A stretch of 64,000 nt of DNA from Marinobacterium sp. (GCA_048264005.1 JBLXDP010000014.1:3565-67564); one strand, 5' to 3'; positions 39,515-50,306 are shown, counted from the stretch's first letter. The notes: generated by a model from the sequence alone, not told the origin. Translations and numbers: made by a program.

Positions 39515-41580
39515 GTCTGGCGTCCTTTCTGCGGCGCCTGCAGTCCTCAAATCAGAGAGCTTTGATCTGGGCCCAAGGGGCTCGTCAGCCTGTTCGAGCA
39601 AAGCTTGAACAGGAGGTACTTCCCTTTCTGTGTGGCGAAGGCTTGCTGGTATCGGACCAGCCCTTGGGGGCACTTTCCCCACTCGATAGCCGTCAGGCGC
39701 ACCGTCATTTGGGCAGAACGCTGGACTTTCTCCTGTTCGATGCCTATGTCGGCTTCAACCCGAATGCGTTTGGTCAGTTGTGTGGCACCCTCAGGGGTGG
39801 CGGCGTACTGGTGCTGTTAACCCCGCCGGAAGATGATTGGCCTGCATACACCGACCCAGAGTATGCCTCTCTTTGTGTTGAGCCCTTTGAGCCGGAACAA
39901 TTGGAAGGGCATTTCCTGTCCTATCTGACAGATGAGCTTAAGGACTATTCCGCACAGGTCCGGTTAACACCTGATCAAATCTTTTTACCTGAACACTGGC
40001 CAGCTTCTCAGTCTCAATGGAGGCTCAATGGCCCTTGCCGTACTGAGGATCAAGCCCAGGCTGTTGATGCTGTGATGCAGACAGCCAAACGGCGCAGGCG
40101 TCCATTGGTTTTGACCGCGGACAGGGGAAGAGGAAAGAGCGCAGCCCTGGGTATTGCGGCGGCTCAATTGCTGCAACAGGAAAAGTCCGTATTGGTGACC
40201 GCGCCAGATCGAGCGGCCATCTCGGCACTGGAATCCCAGGTTGAGGTGTTGGCACCCAAGCAGGCATCAGTATTACGATTTTTACGTCCAGACGAATTGC
40301 TTAAGGCAAATCCTCAAGCCGATCTTCTGCTGGTGGATGAAGCTGCAGCCATCCCGGTTCCTGTTCTGTTGACGTTGCTTCAGCGCTATCCCCGAGTCGT
40401 CTTTGCGACCACCTTGCACGGTTATGAAGGTAATGGGCAGGGCTTTTCGCTGAGGTTTCTCAAGCGTTTGCGCCAGTTGGGGCAGTCATATGATCAGCTG
40501 CATCTTGATACTCCCATTCGTTGGGCATCGCCAGACCCGCTGGAATGTCTCTGTAATCGTCTGTTGATGCTCGATGCCGACCCGCCTGAGCCCGCCGAGA
40601 AGGGTGAGCTGAGATTCCAGCATCTGGAACGGGCCCGGTTGGCGGAAAACAGGCCGCTTTTGAATGCCCTTTTCGGCTTGCTGGTGTTAGCGCACTACCG
40701 CACCACGCCGGGGGATCTCCGTATTCTCCTGGATAGCCCTAACCTGGAAGTGTTCTCTGTCAGTCGCAAGGGTGAGCCGCTGGCCTGTGCTTTGGTGGCC
40801 CGAGAAGGTCCTCTGGAAGCAGAGCTAAGTAAGGCCGTCTGGGCCGGGCGCAGGCGCCCGCGTGGGCATTTGATGCCACAGACCTTGATAGCCCAGGAGG
40901 GATGGCAAGAGGCTGCCGAGTGGAGAGGCTGGCGCATTATTCGTATTGCAGTACATCCGGGTGTTCAGCAGCAGGGGATTGGTCAACAGCTGTTGGAGCA
41001 TATACAACAACAGGCACGTGCCGAAGGCGTGGACTACATGGGCGCCAGTTTTGCCTCCGAGCCGGGGCTGCTTCGTTTCTGGCAAAGTGCTGAATACTGG
41101 CCGGTTAGACTGGGTGAGCAGCGTGATCCTGTGGCGGGCAGTCATGCGCTGCTGGTGCTCAAGCCCTTGGTAGCTCGGCTGGAGCCCTGGTTCGCCGAAG
41201 CGCGGAATTGGTACAAACAGAGTCTGCTACTGCGTTTGTCGGGGCAATTGCAGGATTTGGAAGCCGAGTATCTGCCGGAATTGATGAAAGGGCTGCCGGT
41301 CGAGGCATTGGACACATCCGTGATACGAAGGCTGGAAGGTTTTGTCCATGACCAGCGCAACCTGGAGTCGAGCCTTGTGCCACTGACGGTATTACTCCAC
41401 ACAAGTTTGCCGCTTTGGCATCGTTTGGAGTTAACCGCTGATGATGTTCAGCTGCTTTGCCAGCGCATCTTGCGTCAGCAGTCGGCTTCTGGAGTAGAGA
41501 AGCCTCATGGGAAAAAGGCGCAACTGGAACGGTTACGCCTGCTCAGTGGTCAGCTGCTTAGTCTGGTCGACGCAAGATAA
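39511..41580 (+). CDS. tmcA: tRNA(Met) cytidine acetyltransferase
   Basis: TADRGRGKS, VDEAAAIP, TTLHGYEGNG, HYRTTPGDLR, GNAT RIAVHP. Confidence 0.93.
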   Translation: MSLASFLRRLQSSNQRALIWAQGARQPVRAKLEQEVLPFLCGEGLLVSDQPLGALSPLDSRQAHRHLGRTLDFLLFDAYVGFNPNAFGQLCGTLRGGGVLVLLTPPEDDWPAYTDPEYASLCVEPFEPEQLEGHFLSYLTDELKDYSAQVRLTPDQIFLPEHWPASQSQWRLNGPCRTEDQAQAVDAVMQTAKRRRRPLVLTADRGRGKSAALGIAAAQLLQQEKSVLVTAPDRAAISALESQVEVLAPKQASVLRFLRPDELLKANPQADLLLVDEAAAIPVPVLLTLLQRYPRVVFATTLHGYEGNGQGFSLRFLKRLRQLGQSYDQLHLDTPIRWASPDPLECLCNRLLMLDADPPEPAEKGELRFQHLERARLAENRPLLNALFGLLVLAHYRTTPGDLRILLDSPNLEVFSVSRKGEPLACALVAREGPLEAELSKAVWAGRRRPRGHLMPQTLIAQEGWQEAAEWRGWRIIRIAVHPGVQQQGIGQQLLEHIQQQARAEGVDYMGASFASEPGLLRFWQSAEYWPVRLGEQRDPVAGSHALLVLKPLVARLEPWFAEARNWYKQSLLLRLSGQLQDLEAEYLPELMKGLPVEALDTSVIRRLEGFVHDQRNLESSLVPLTVLLHTSLPLWHRLELTADDVQLLCQRILRQQSASGVEKPHGKKAQLERLRLLSGQLLSLVDAR

Positions 41581-42928
41581 TCAAAGCTCCCTCAAGCATC
41601 TCTCCATGCTCACGTCTGAGTGGGAATCCTTCCAGAAGGCTGATTTCATAGCCCAGTGCCTCAGCATCCACTTGGATGCCGGAAGGGTTGTGTCGGAAGC
41701 GACCCGATGCATCCAGCCTTACGCCACTTGGTTCTGAGCAGGTTTCGACGGTAAAGGCAAAATAGCCACCGGGCTTCAGTGCCTGAAAGGCTTCGGCCAT
41801 CACCGGCTTCAGCGCACCTGTGTAGATAAGTACATCGGTTGCGGTGATCAGATCCGCATTCCAGTCTGTCTCAAGCGCACTGAGCAGGTCGGTATGTAAC
41901 AGCTGAGTGTAGATAGACTTGGCTTCAGCATGTGCCAGCATGCGCTCGGAAAGATCGCAGCCGATAAGATGCTCAGGCTTCAGTATTTCGTATAAAGCCT
42001 GGCCGCAAAGTCCAGTGCCACACCCCAGATCAACAAGCGTATGAATCTCTTCCGGGATCAGTGTCTGTAGGCGTTCAGCCAACAAGGACGGGGCCTGATA
42101 TTCCAATTGCCCGGTTAGTCGGTCTTCAAAGGCGTCGGCGTGCTGGTCATATAAACCTTGCACATACCTGTCTGGTGCCTGAGCGGTACAAGTGCCAGCC
42201 GCCGCATCAAGCATATGGCGAATGCTCTCATTCTGAGGCTCCAGCTTCAGCGCTGCTTGATAAAGTGGTGTAGCGGCTTCAGGGTGCCCCTCTTCAGCCA
42301 TGTAGTCTGCTGTGTTTGCGAGCCAAATGGCAGGGTTGGGTTGTTGATGGCCAAACAGAATCACGTCTTCTGCTCGCTTATCCAGGCTTAGGTTAAGTGC
42401 CCACTCGGCTTGTATCTCAGCTTCAGACAGTAAGGGTGATAAAAGCGAGGCAGCCTGGTTGTATTGCTGACTGTGTCTCATGGCGACAGCCAGTGATAAC
42501 AAGGCGTCAGGGTGCTGTTGAAGCACGGGGAAGTGTTCAAAGTGATCCCTGATCTCTGCCCACTCGCGCTGTCTTTCCATAAGTCCAAGCAGGTTAAGGT
42601 GGATGGCGATTTCGTCCGGTTGCAGCTGCACGGCTTGACTGAGTGCTGTGCCGGCGTCTTCCTGTTTGCCTCTTTCCTGCAAAACCAGCGCAAGGTTACT
42701 CAGTGCCTGGGCTTTAAAACGAGCGGCTACCGGCAATCGGCTCGCCTTTTGCAAATCCTTGGTTGCGCCCAGCAGTTGTCCCGCTTTGAACTGAATCAAG
42801 CCCAGCAGGTGGCGTGCGTTGAAGTCATCAGGTCGGTCGGCCAGGTGTTGACGGCAAATAGCAGCAGCCGATGCAAAGGCCTGTTGGTTCATCAATGCCA
42901 GAGCTTCATTCAAAGAGGGTGTGGTCAT
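41558..42928 (-). CDS. TPR-repeat protein with C-terminal class I SAM methyltransferase
   Basis: TPR helices; YVQGLYDQHA, VDLGCGTGLCG, GRFRH; 3' end overlaps tmcA by 23 nt. Confidence 0.85.
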   Translation of the reverse strand: MTTPSLNEALALMNQQAFASAAAICRQHLADRPDDFNARHLLGLIQFKAGQLLGATKDLQKASRLPVAARFKAQALSNLALVLQERGKQEDAGTALSQAVQLQPDEIAIHLNLLGLMERQREWAEIRDHFEHFPVLQQHPDALLSLAVAMRHSQQYNQAASLLSPLLSEAEIQAEWALNLSLDKRAEDVILFGHQQPNPAIWLANTADYMAEEGHPEAATPLYQAALKLEPQNESIRHMLDAAAGTCTAQAPDRYVQGLYDQHADAFEDRLTGQLEYQAPSLLAERLQTLIPEEIHTLVDLGCGTGLCGQALYEILKPEHLIGCDLSERMLAHAEAKSIYTQLLHTDLLSALETDWNADLITATDVLIYTGALKPVMAEAFQALKPGGYFAFTVETCSEPSGVRLDASGRFRHNPSGIQVDAEALGYEISLLEGFPLRREHGEMLEGALIILRRPD

Positions 42929-43067
42929 GGAGCAGTCTTCCAATCAATCAGGACAACGGGCGCATCTTAGTAAAGCCGTTTGCAAAGTCCAAGTCTGTAA
43001 TGCAACGAGATGATAAATGCCTGGTCTTTTTCGAGGTGCAGGGGGAGTGCTTGATAGGTGGTGAAAC

Positions 43068-43103
43068 AAAAAAGGTGAGCCTCGTTAAAGACTCACCTTT
43101 TTT
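43068..43103 (-). terminator. Terminator after glrR
   Basis: AAAAAAGGTGAG...CTCACCTTTTTT inverted repeat. Confidence 0.8.
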
Positions 43104-43149
43104 AATGCTTCAGGTTTTGCGCTTTAGACGCACCTGAACAAGGTTAAAC

Positions 43150-44550
43150 TTAGCCCGCTTTGCGGGTTTTGCGTGCCTGTTTGAGAGCTTCTTTCTGAGC
43201 TGCGACGGCTGCTTTTGCATCAGCCTTGAACTGTGCCGCTTCTAGCTGGTGCTTGTTCAGCAGCTTGTAGAAGTCGGTACGGTTACGCTGGGCGATACGA
43301 GATGCGTGCGTCACATTGCCTTCAGTGATCTGCAGTACCTTGATCAGGTAGCGGCGTTCAAAGTCCGCGCGCGCTTCATTAAAAGACGGAATAACGCGTT
43401 CCTGATTAGCCAAGGCTTTGGAGACCAGGCCCTCAGGAATGATCGGAGATGGGCTCAGCGCTACGACCTGTTCGATCACGTTTTCCAGCTGGCGCACGTT
43501 GCCTGGCCAAGCGGCCTGGGCCAGCAGATGCAGGGCTCCGGGAGAGATGCCCTTAACCTTGCGGTTGTGCTTCTGGGATGCCAGTGTGAGGAAATGGCGT
43601 GCCAGCAGCGGAATATCTTCCGGACGCTCACGCAGCGGCGGCAGTTCCAGATTGACTACGTTGAGTCGGTAGTAGAGGTCCTCGCGGAACTCTTGGCTCA
43701 GCATGGCTGTTTCCAGGTCACGGTGAGTGGCTGAAACCACGCGTACATCAATGGCGACCGATTCGGTAGAGCCGACCGGGCGAATAACGCGTTCCTGCAG
43801 TGCGCGCAGCAGTTTGACCTGCAGCGCAAGTGGCATATCGCCGATTTCATCCAGGAACAGGGTGCCGCCTTCGGCTGCACGGAACAGGCCCGAGTGCTGG
43901 TTGATAGCGCCGGTAAATGCACCTTTGGTGTGACCAAAGAGTTCAGACTCGAGTAACTGCTCTGGCAGGGCGCCACAGTTGATTGCGACGAAAGGCTTGT
44001 CAGCGCGAGAGCTGGCCTTGTGGATTGCGCGGGCAACCAGTTCTTTACCACTGCCACTGGGGCCTGTGATGAGAACGCTGACATCAGATGCTGCAACACG
44101 ATGAGCCTGGTCCAGTACCTGTTCCATAGGGCCGCTGTGACTGATAATGCCTTCACGCCAGCTGTGATCCAGATTGCGCTGGGAGTTGTTCAGCGCAGCA
44201 CGGACAGTATCCAGCAGGTGCTGCTTATCAATCGGCTTGGACAGGAATCCGAAGACACCTTTTTGAGTGGCTTCAACTGCTTCAGGAATCGATCCGTGAG
44301 CGGTAATGATGATCACCGGCAGGTCAGGCTGTTCTTGCTGAATGCGGGTAAAAAGGGTCAAACCGTCCATGCCATCCATTTTCAGGTCGGTCAACACCAG
44401 GTCGAAATGCTGCTGGCGTACACGTGCGATAGCCTCTTCGCCACTTTCGGCGCAGTCTACCGTGTAGCCGGACGCTTCGAGGCGCATCTCCAGCAACTTC
44501 AGCAGAGCGGTATCATCATCAACCAGAAGAATGTGGGGGGTTGATGTCAT
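43150..44550 (-). CDS. glrR: Sigma54-dependent response regulator GlrR (QseF/YfhA)
   Basis: REC domain, [31 protein letters not shown]. Confidence 0.92.
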   Translation of the reverse strand: MTSTPHILLVDDDTALLKLLEMRLEASGYTVDCAESGEEAIARVRQQHFDLVLTDLKMDGMDGLTLFTRIQQEQPDLPVIIITAHGSIPEAVEATQKGVFGFLSKPIDKQHLLDTVRAALNNSQRNLDHSWREGIISHSGPMEQVLDQAHRVAASDVSVLITGPSGSGKELVARAIHKASSRADKPFVAINCGALPEQLLESELFGHTKGAFTGAINQHSGLFRAAEGGTLFLDEIGDMPLALQVKLLRALQERVIRPVGSTESVAIDVRVVSATHRDLETAMLSQEFREDLYYRLNVVNLELPPLRERPEDIPLLARHFLTLASQKHNRKVKGISPGALHLLAQAAWPGNVRQLENVIEQVVALSPSPIIPEGLVSKALANQERVIPSFNEARADFERRYLIKVLQITEGNVTHASRIAQRNRTDFYKLLNKHQLEAAQFKADAKAAVAAQKEALKQARKTRKAG

Positions 44551-44553
44551 CTG

Positions 44554-45054
44554 TCAGTGCTCCTCACGCTGTTGCGTTATCTGTCGTTCCAAATCTGTCA
44601 GGGCGTCGACCTGACGTTCAAGTTCCATTTTCTGCTGCTCCAGATCCTGAATCTGTTGCAGCCTTTCCAACTGCTGTTTGATCTGAGCCTGGCGGTTAGC
44701 CAAGTACAATTCAGTAGCACAGCTTCCAGCCGACTTCGGTGAAATGCTGTCCATCAGCTTGGTGGCACGCTCCAGTTGTGCCTGCGACTGACCGGGGCTA
44801 CTCAGAAGTAGCGCATGAAGTGCGCTGCGCTGTCGTCTTTCAGCCTCTCCCAAAAGCGTCTGCCTGTCACTAATTGTAGACGAAATAAAACGATGTTCAT
44901 ATTTTATCCACTCCTCCAGCTGACTTTCGTCAAAGCGGCAGCTTGAACTTGTAGCAGCAACTGTTGGCTGGCTGGAGGTCTGTTTGGGCACAAGTGGCCA
45001 CTGGCAGCCAGCCAGTAGTACTAAGGGGATAAAAATCAGGGGCAAGCGATACAT
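44554..45054 (-). CDS. QseG/YfhG-like lipoprotein
   Basis: Lipobox LAGC; position between glrK and glrR; C-terminal coiled coil ALTDLERQI. Confidence 0.65.
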   Translation of the reverse strand: MYRLPLIFIPLVLLAGCQWPLVPKQTSSQPTVAATSSSCRFDESQLEEWIKYEHRFISSTISDRQTLLGEAERRQRSALHALLLSSPGQSQAQLERATKLMDSISPKSAGSCATELYLANRQAQIKQQLERLQQIQDLEQQKMELERQVDALTDLERQITQQREEH

Positions 45055-45057
45055 TGC

Positions 45058-46476
45058 TCAGGGCTCCAGGCTTGGCAGTTCAAGGGTGAAGGCGACCCAA
45101 CGATCATGATTCTGGCTGAGTTCCAGGTGGGCTTTCAGTGTCTGGCTTGCTTGAGCTGCAATGCTTAAGCCGATACCTGACCCCTTGAGCGGTCCCTTGC
45201 GCTTGTTTTGGCCCTGGTAGAAGGGTTCAAACAAACGCGCTAAGTCCTGTTCCGGGATTAATGGCCCGGTGTTGCCGACAGACAGTTTAAGGTTGTCCTG
45301 CTCCAAACTGCCTGTAATCTTGATGCGTCCTTCTTGATCCGCATAGTGTACCGCGTTAGATACCAGATTGCTGAGAATGCGTTGCAACATTTGTGAATCT
45401 GTAAACCAGTGATCCACATTGTTGAGGCAAAGCTCGACCTCCAGCTGCTTGCTTTCAATCTGCAGTTTGTGAGGCGCCAGTATGCGCTCCAGCATGGATT
45501 GCAGCGAAATCTTGTCGCGTTGCAGGCTGCTGGGCTGTTGCAGCCGGTTGTAGTCCAATAGCTGCTCGATCAGGGCCTGAAGGCTAATACTGTTTTGCTG
45601 TAACAGGCTGACGATTTCGTGTTGCTTGTCTGACAGTGGTCCAGCCAGTTCTTCGGCCAGCAGGTCAGCGCCTTCACGCAAGGTTGTCAGCGGTGTTTTC
45701 AGTTCATGGGATATATGACGCAGGAAGCGAACCTTGTCCTCTTCAAGTGCCTGTAACCTTTCGGCCAGCCAGTTCAGCTGGCTGTTGACTTCGACCAGTT
45801 CCGCAGGGCCTTTAAGTAATGGCGTTGGCGTACGATCACCTTCGCCCAGGCCGCGAATGCGCTCAATCAATTGCTGTACAGGGCGGTTGATTCGACCACT
45901 GAAGAACAGGATCAAGAGGGCTGTCGCCAGTACCAGAATCATGGCCTGCCAACCGCTTTTGCGTTGCTCGTCCAGCGTTTGATCTTCAAGTTCGGTCAGG
46001 CGCAGATCGAAATACTGGTCGACTTGAACAGTCAGTTGCTGGGTGTCAGCGATGAATTGCTCCAGCAGAGCCGGTTCAAAGCGGGGAGGTTCTTCACCCA
46101 GGGAAAGCTTGCTCAGGCTATCGAGCTGGCTCTCGAGTTTGGCAGAATGCGGTTGAAGCACCGGTGGCAGGCTGCTGTCGAGAAGGAGTGTATTGAAGTT
46201 GTCCAGTTGTCCAAGCAGTCGCTCGCGCAATTCGATGCGATTTACAATGTCATACTGTCGTGCGGAACGAACGATATCTTCGGCTTGCGTCAGAAGTTGC
46301 TCAGCTTGGCGGCGGCTTTGCAGCATTTCTCGGGCCAGAGTACGGGCGCGCTCTGACTGGTCGACAAGTGCATTGCCCGACTGGTACATGAGTACGGCCA
46401 AGGGCACCACTGCCAGTACAAATGCGAACAGCGTTAGCTGTTTCAATGAGTGTGTATGCCAGGGCAGCGAGAACAT
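45058..46476 (-). CDS. glrK: Sensor histidine kinase GlrK (QseE/YfhK)
   Basis: HAMP, FLRHISHELKTPL, NLVSNA, GSGIGLSI. Confidence 0.9.
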   Translation of the reverse strand: MFSLPWHTHSLKQLTLFAFVLAVVPLAVLMYQSGNALVDQSERARTLAREMLQSRRQAEQLLTQAEDIVRSARQYDIVNRIELRERLLGQLDNFNTLLLDSSLPPVLQPHSAKLESQLDSLSKLSLGEEPPRFEPALLEQFIADTQQLTVQVDQYFDLRLTELEDQTLDEQRKSGWQAMILVLATALLILFFSGRINRPVQQLIERIRGLGEGDRTPTPLLKGPAELVEVNSQLNWLAERLQALEEDKVRFLRHISHELKTPLTTLREGADLLAEELAGPLSDKQHEIVSLLQQNSISLQALIEQLLDYNRLQQPSSLQRDKISLQSMLERILAPHKLQIESKQLEVELCLNNVDHWFTDSQMLQRILSNLVSNAVHYADQEGRIKITGSLEQDNLKLSVGNTGPLIPEQDLARLFEPFYQGQNKRKGPLKGSGIGLSIAAQASQTLKAHLELSQNHDRWVAFTLELPSLEP

Positions 46477-46615
46477 GTGGTGCGGGTGGTATTCCGGTTA
46501 CCGGCTGAGGCGAGGGTCTCAGCATCAATGTCGCACCACTCTAGGGCGAGATGCATGAATATCAGATGAACCAAGCCTTAATTTTTACCCCAAGTGTAAC
46601 AATACGGATACAAGG

Positions 46616-46822
46616 TTATTCGAGTCTGAAGCCAATTCTGATCACAACCTGATAATGGGCGATTTTCCCGTCTTCGATATGTCCTCGCATCTCTTTCACT
46701 TCATACCAGTTGATATGCTCAATGCTCTCGGCGGCTTTGGCGACGGCCTTGCGAATAGCATCGTCGTGGCTGTCGGTAGATGAGCCGGCAACTTCGATTA
46801 ACTTATAGATATGGTCTGACAT
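46616..46822 (-). CDS. Dodecin (flavin-binding)
   Basis: SDHIYKLIEVAGSS...WYEV...RGHI...HYQV..RIGFRLE. Confidence 0.92.
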   Translation of the reverse strand: MSDHIYKLIEVAGSSTDSHDDAIRKAVAKAAESIEHINWYEVKEMRGHIEDGKIAHYQVVIRIGFRLE

Positions 46823-46942
46823 TCTCTGTTCCTCCTTTATCAATAGCTAACAGTGTAGAACAGGTTTTTAACGTCAATGTTTGGCTGCCGAGTAGGGGTT
46901 GGACATAATGTAAGAAGTTAATGGAACGACAGGACACAAAAC

Positions 46943-47944
46943 ATGGCGCGCCGAATCGGAATCTTTGCCGGGGTGGTTTTACCCGTACTGGTGCTATCGG
47001 GTTGTAGCTCCCAAGCGCCCAAACCTGGTGCTCAAGACCAAATCATGCGGGGCACGTTGATTCAAGGGGATGGGAAGTACTGGTTTGAAAGCTGTGTTGG
47101 CATGGAACGAGAACCGGTTGTAGACCTGCCCAAGTCGCTGCAGCAGGCTCATAAGAGCCAGAGTTTGGGTGATGACTGGCCCGTGTACATAGAGGGTACG
47201 GGGCGCCGCGAAGCTGAGGGCGTTGTCTTGAGCCAAGGGCTGTTGGCAGGTGGTACCCAGCGCGCCTGCGGGTTTGGACTCTCCGGCATTGAGTTGCGCG
47301 CTGCATCTGCCGATGAACAAGTGGTGTTTGATCTAACAGAGGAATACCTGCGGGTAAGCTTCGTTGATCGGTTTTTAACGCTGTCTTTTGAACGACCTGA
47401 GGTTGAGCGCGAAGGCATGATACGACGCTGGCAGCAGGAAATGCAGGGCAGTGGTCAGAGCCGCCATTCGGTTGCGCTGGATGTTAAGCCCGGCAGCTGT
47501 AAAGGGCTGCGAGGGGAGTGGTATGGGCTGACTATGGAGGCGGAACTGAACGAGCGTTACTACTATGGTTGTGCACGTTTGGGTGATTTTGCCAACTGGC
47601 CTTTGCACCAGCGTTACCAGACCCCTGACAGTATACAGACGCGACGTATTGATTTGGCACTTGCCCCGGATGGCAAAGTGCAGTGGCGGGAAGATTACCG
47701 TAATGATCAGCCATTGCTCGAATCGGAAGGGGCTTGGCAGAAGGTGGCGCCGGGTCTGATTCAAGTGCAATTGGCGCCTGCTGAAGATTCGCTTCAGGAC
47801 GCTTCAACCTTGATGTTCAAAGTAACCGAGAACGGAGCGCTCCAACTCCAGGGGTTCCATCCCGCCTATGGTCGAAATCTGGAGTTTGAAGCTGCTGCCG
47901 GTCTGTTGCGGCTGGAGTCCGGCGATCTGGATTGGTGGCCTTAA
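46943..47944 (+). CDS. Multi-domain hypothetical lipoprotein
   Basis: Lipobox LSGC; Cys pairs; C-terminal segment resembles the NlpE N-domain. Confidence 0.7.
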   Translation: MARRIGIFAGVVLPVLVLSGCSSQAPKPGAQDQIMRGTLIQGDGKYWFESCVGMEREPVVDLPKSLQQAHKSQSLGDDWPVYIEGTGRREAEGVVLSQGLLAGGTQRACGFGLSGIELRAASADEQVVFDLTEEYLRVSFVDRFLTLSFERPEVEREGMIRRWQQEMQGSGQSRHSVALDVKPGSCKGLRGEWYGLTMEAELNERYYYGCARLGDFANWPLHQRYQTPDSIQTRRIDLALAPDGKVQWREDYRNDQPLLESEGAWQKVAPGLIQVQLAPAEDSLQDASTLMFKVTENGALQLQGFHPAYGRNLEFEAAAGLLRLESGDLDWWP

Positions 47945-48447
47945 CTATCCAGTAAGGTATCCCGTGCGGCATTTACCTGTGCCGCCAAATACGCACTGCC
48001 TTCCCGGTCTGGATGAATCTTCTGCATCAGTCGACGGTGGGCAGCAAGCACCTCTTCCCTGCTGGCATTGGGCAAGAGCCCCAGCACCTCAAGTGCCTCC
48101 TCACGACTCATGCTGTTTTTATGGCTCTGCTGTCGCCCTGAGTTCTGGTTAGAACCCTTTCCGCTATGTCGTTTTGCGGCTTGCTGTGACTGCCACCAGC
48201 GGGCAAGGCCCGGGACAAAGCGTAAGATCAGCGGCAAGAGCTGTTTGAGGAATGGGAGCGTCAGGGCAATCAGGGCGCCGAGCCAGTGCATGCGTCCAGT
48301 GATCGCCAGCGCGAGCAGACCGATCACCAGGAAAATCAGGATCAGCTTCCAGCTGGCACTTCGGCGCTGTTCAGGTGGCTGTTTCTGCCACCAGTACCAG
48401 CTGCCCAACACAAGTATTGCAAAAAGTACCAATCCCAGAGGGTGCAT
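47941..48447 (-). CDS. Membrane protein with C-terminal DnaJ-like J domain
   Basis: N-terminal TMs; MSREEALEVLGL...HRRLMQKIHPDREGS. Confidence 0.85.
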   Translation of the reverse strand: MHPLGLVLFAILVLGSWYWWQKQPPEQRRSASWKLILIFLVIGLLALAITGRMHWLGALIALTLPFLKQLLPLILRFVPGLARWWQSQQAAKRHSGKGSNQNSGRQQSHKNSMSREEALEVLGLLPNASREEVLAAHRRLMQKIHPDREGSAYLAAQVNAARDTLLDS

Positions 48448-48497
48448 GTTGTCTCCCGTTGCCGCGGTCCATTTGGGCTCAGGGGGCACCCTCGTAT

Positions 48498-50216
48498 TCA
48501 GCCATCCGTGCCGATATAGCGTTCCCGCTTACGGGGCTTCACTTTGTGGGTGTCCACCAGAACCAGTCCGTCGATACAGTAATTGAAGTCGGCATCGACA
48601 CCAAAGTCGAGGAATGAGACGCCACCATCCTCACAGAGTTCACTGTACTGCTTATAAAGGGTGGGTACTGTGACTCCCAGGAAGTCGAGCTGCTCGCGCA
48701 GGCGGCTGAAATCTTCGCGGTAGTCGTTGCCGGTAAAAATGGAATTTATCACGGCTTCGGCATCTGCATCGAGTTGATAGGGGCTGAATGATCGAGCCAG
48801 TGCCTTGGGGTCCGGGAAATAATGGCGGTAGAACCAAACCAGCAGATCACGGGCGCGTTTGGGGTAGCTATGGCTCAGGCTCACTGGCCCAAACATGTAG
48901 CGAACTTCCGGGTGACGGCGCAGGTAGGCCCCGATGCCGTACCAAAGATAATCCAATGAGCGCTTGCCCCAGTAGCGGGGCTGGACAAAGCTGCGACCCA
49001 GTTCAATGCCTTCGGCAAACACCTGCTGCATGTTGTCGCTGTAGCTGAACAGGGACTCACTGTAGAGCGGTTGCTCAGGGTTTTGTGTACGTTCTTTCCC
49101 TTCGCCGATACGGTAGGCGCCGGCGATCTCAAGATCTTCCTCATCCCAGAGGATCAGATGGCGGTAATACTGGTCGTAGCGATCCAGATCGCGTTTCTCG
49201 CCGGTGCCTTCTCCAACGGTACGGAAAGCAACTTCACGCAGGCGGCCTATTTCGCGCATGACGGCAGAGTCAGGCTGGTAGTTAAACAGATAGATCTTTT
49301 TGCCATCCGTGGTCTCGCCCAATAGCTCTGCCTGCTTGAGCTCCTGTTTAAGAGCCTTGCGGTCTTGGGGGTGGGCGATGGTCTTTTCGGTAATGAAGAG
49401 TGGCTGTTTGTTGCGGGCAATACGGTACAGATGCTTCTTGAGCAACTTGGCCTTGTCGCGGTTGGATACAGGCAGGGCATCCAGCTGGCTAAAGGCGATG
49501 GTCTCACCCACTCGCACGGGCAGGGTAACCGAATGCTTGTTGAACATTTCCCGTGCCAGCATCAGGGTGGACGCTGACTTGTTCAGATAGGACAGCCCGT
49601 AAAACAGGGGAGAGTTACGACCGCCTAGGTAGACCGGCAATATGGGAGCATTAGCCTTGCGGGCAAAGTGAAGGAAGCCGCTGTTCCATTTGCCATCACG
49701 GATACCGGTCAAGCCTGCACGGGACACTTCGCCCGCCGGAAAAACGACGACTGCTTCATCGTTTTGCAGAGCATCTACGATACGTGCGATGTTCTGTTTA
49801 CGCGTGCTTTTGCCGAGGTTGTCGACCGGAAGAAACAGGTTCTGCAGGGCGTCAAAGTTCATCAGCAGATCATTGGCCACAATGCGAACGTCGCGACGCA
49901 CTTCGCCCACCAGTTTCAGCAGTGCCAGGCCATCCAGTGCACCCAGCGGGTGGTTAGCGATGATCACCACGCGGCCACTGGACGGAATATTCATCTGTTC
50001 CTTGTGGCTGAGGGCATAGCTGAAATTGAAGTAGTCCAGTACGGCATCGATAAACTCAAACCCCTGAATGCCCTGATGGGTATCCAGAAAACGGTTGATT
50101 TCATCTTCGCGGATCAGTCGACGAAGGCAAAAGAGAGTCGAGCGTTTAACCGGGGAGGGTTTTTGTGCAAAAGCGGGATATTTGTTGACCAGTACCTGTT
50201 CTACATTGATCTGCAT
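48498..50216 (-). CDS. olsF: Bifunctional acyltransferase (PlsC-like + GNAT), OlsF-type aminolipid synthase
   Basis: NHPLGALDG (HX4D), FPAGEVS; C-terminal LREVAFR..GEG..RDLDRYD, ELGRSFV. Confidence 0.75.
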   Translation of the reverse strand: MQINVEQVLVNKYPAFAQKPSPVKRSTLFCLRRLIREDEINRFLDTHQGIQGFEFIDAVLDYFNFSYALSHKEQMNIPSSGRVVIIANHPLGALDGLALLKLVGEVRRDVRIVANDLLMNFDALQNLFLPVDNLGKSTRKQNIARIVDALQNDEAVVVFPAGEVSRAGLTGIRDGKWNSGFLHFARKANAPILPVYLGGRNSPLFYGLSYLNKSASTLMLAREMFNKHSVTLPVRVGETIAFSQLDALPVSNRDKAKLLKKHLYRIARNKQPLFITEKTIAHPQDRKALKQELKQAELLGETTDGKKIYLFNYQPDSAVMREIGRLREVAFRTVGEGTGEKRDLDRYDQYYRHLILWDEEDLEIAGAYRIGEGKERTQNPEQPLYSESLFSYSDNMQQVFAEGIELGRSFVQPRYWGKRSLDYLWYGIGAYLRRHPEVRYMFGPVSLSHSYPKRARDLLVWFYRHYFPDPKALARSFSPYQLDADAEAVINSIFTGNDYREDFSRLREQLDFLGVTVPTLYKQYSELCEDGGVSFLDFGVDADFNYCIDGLVLVDTHKVKPRKRERYIGTDG

Positions 50217-50306
50217 GTTCAGTCACCTCTTTCACGTGCCGCTTTACACTATGGCGAACAGGTGACATTGAGGTGACTGGCAGATGACTGCTCCGTGACA
50301 ACTGGA

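Noticed and set aside
43150-43220. Basic Ala/Lys-rich C-terminal tail of GlrR
   Set aside because: Short low-complexity extension; nothing in the sequence supports a function
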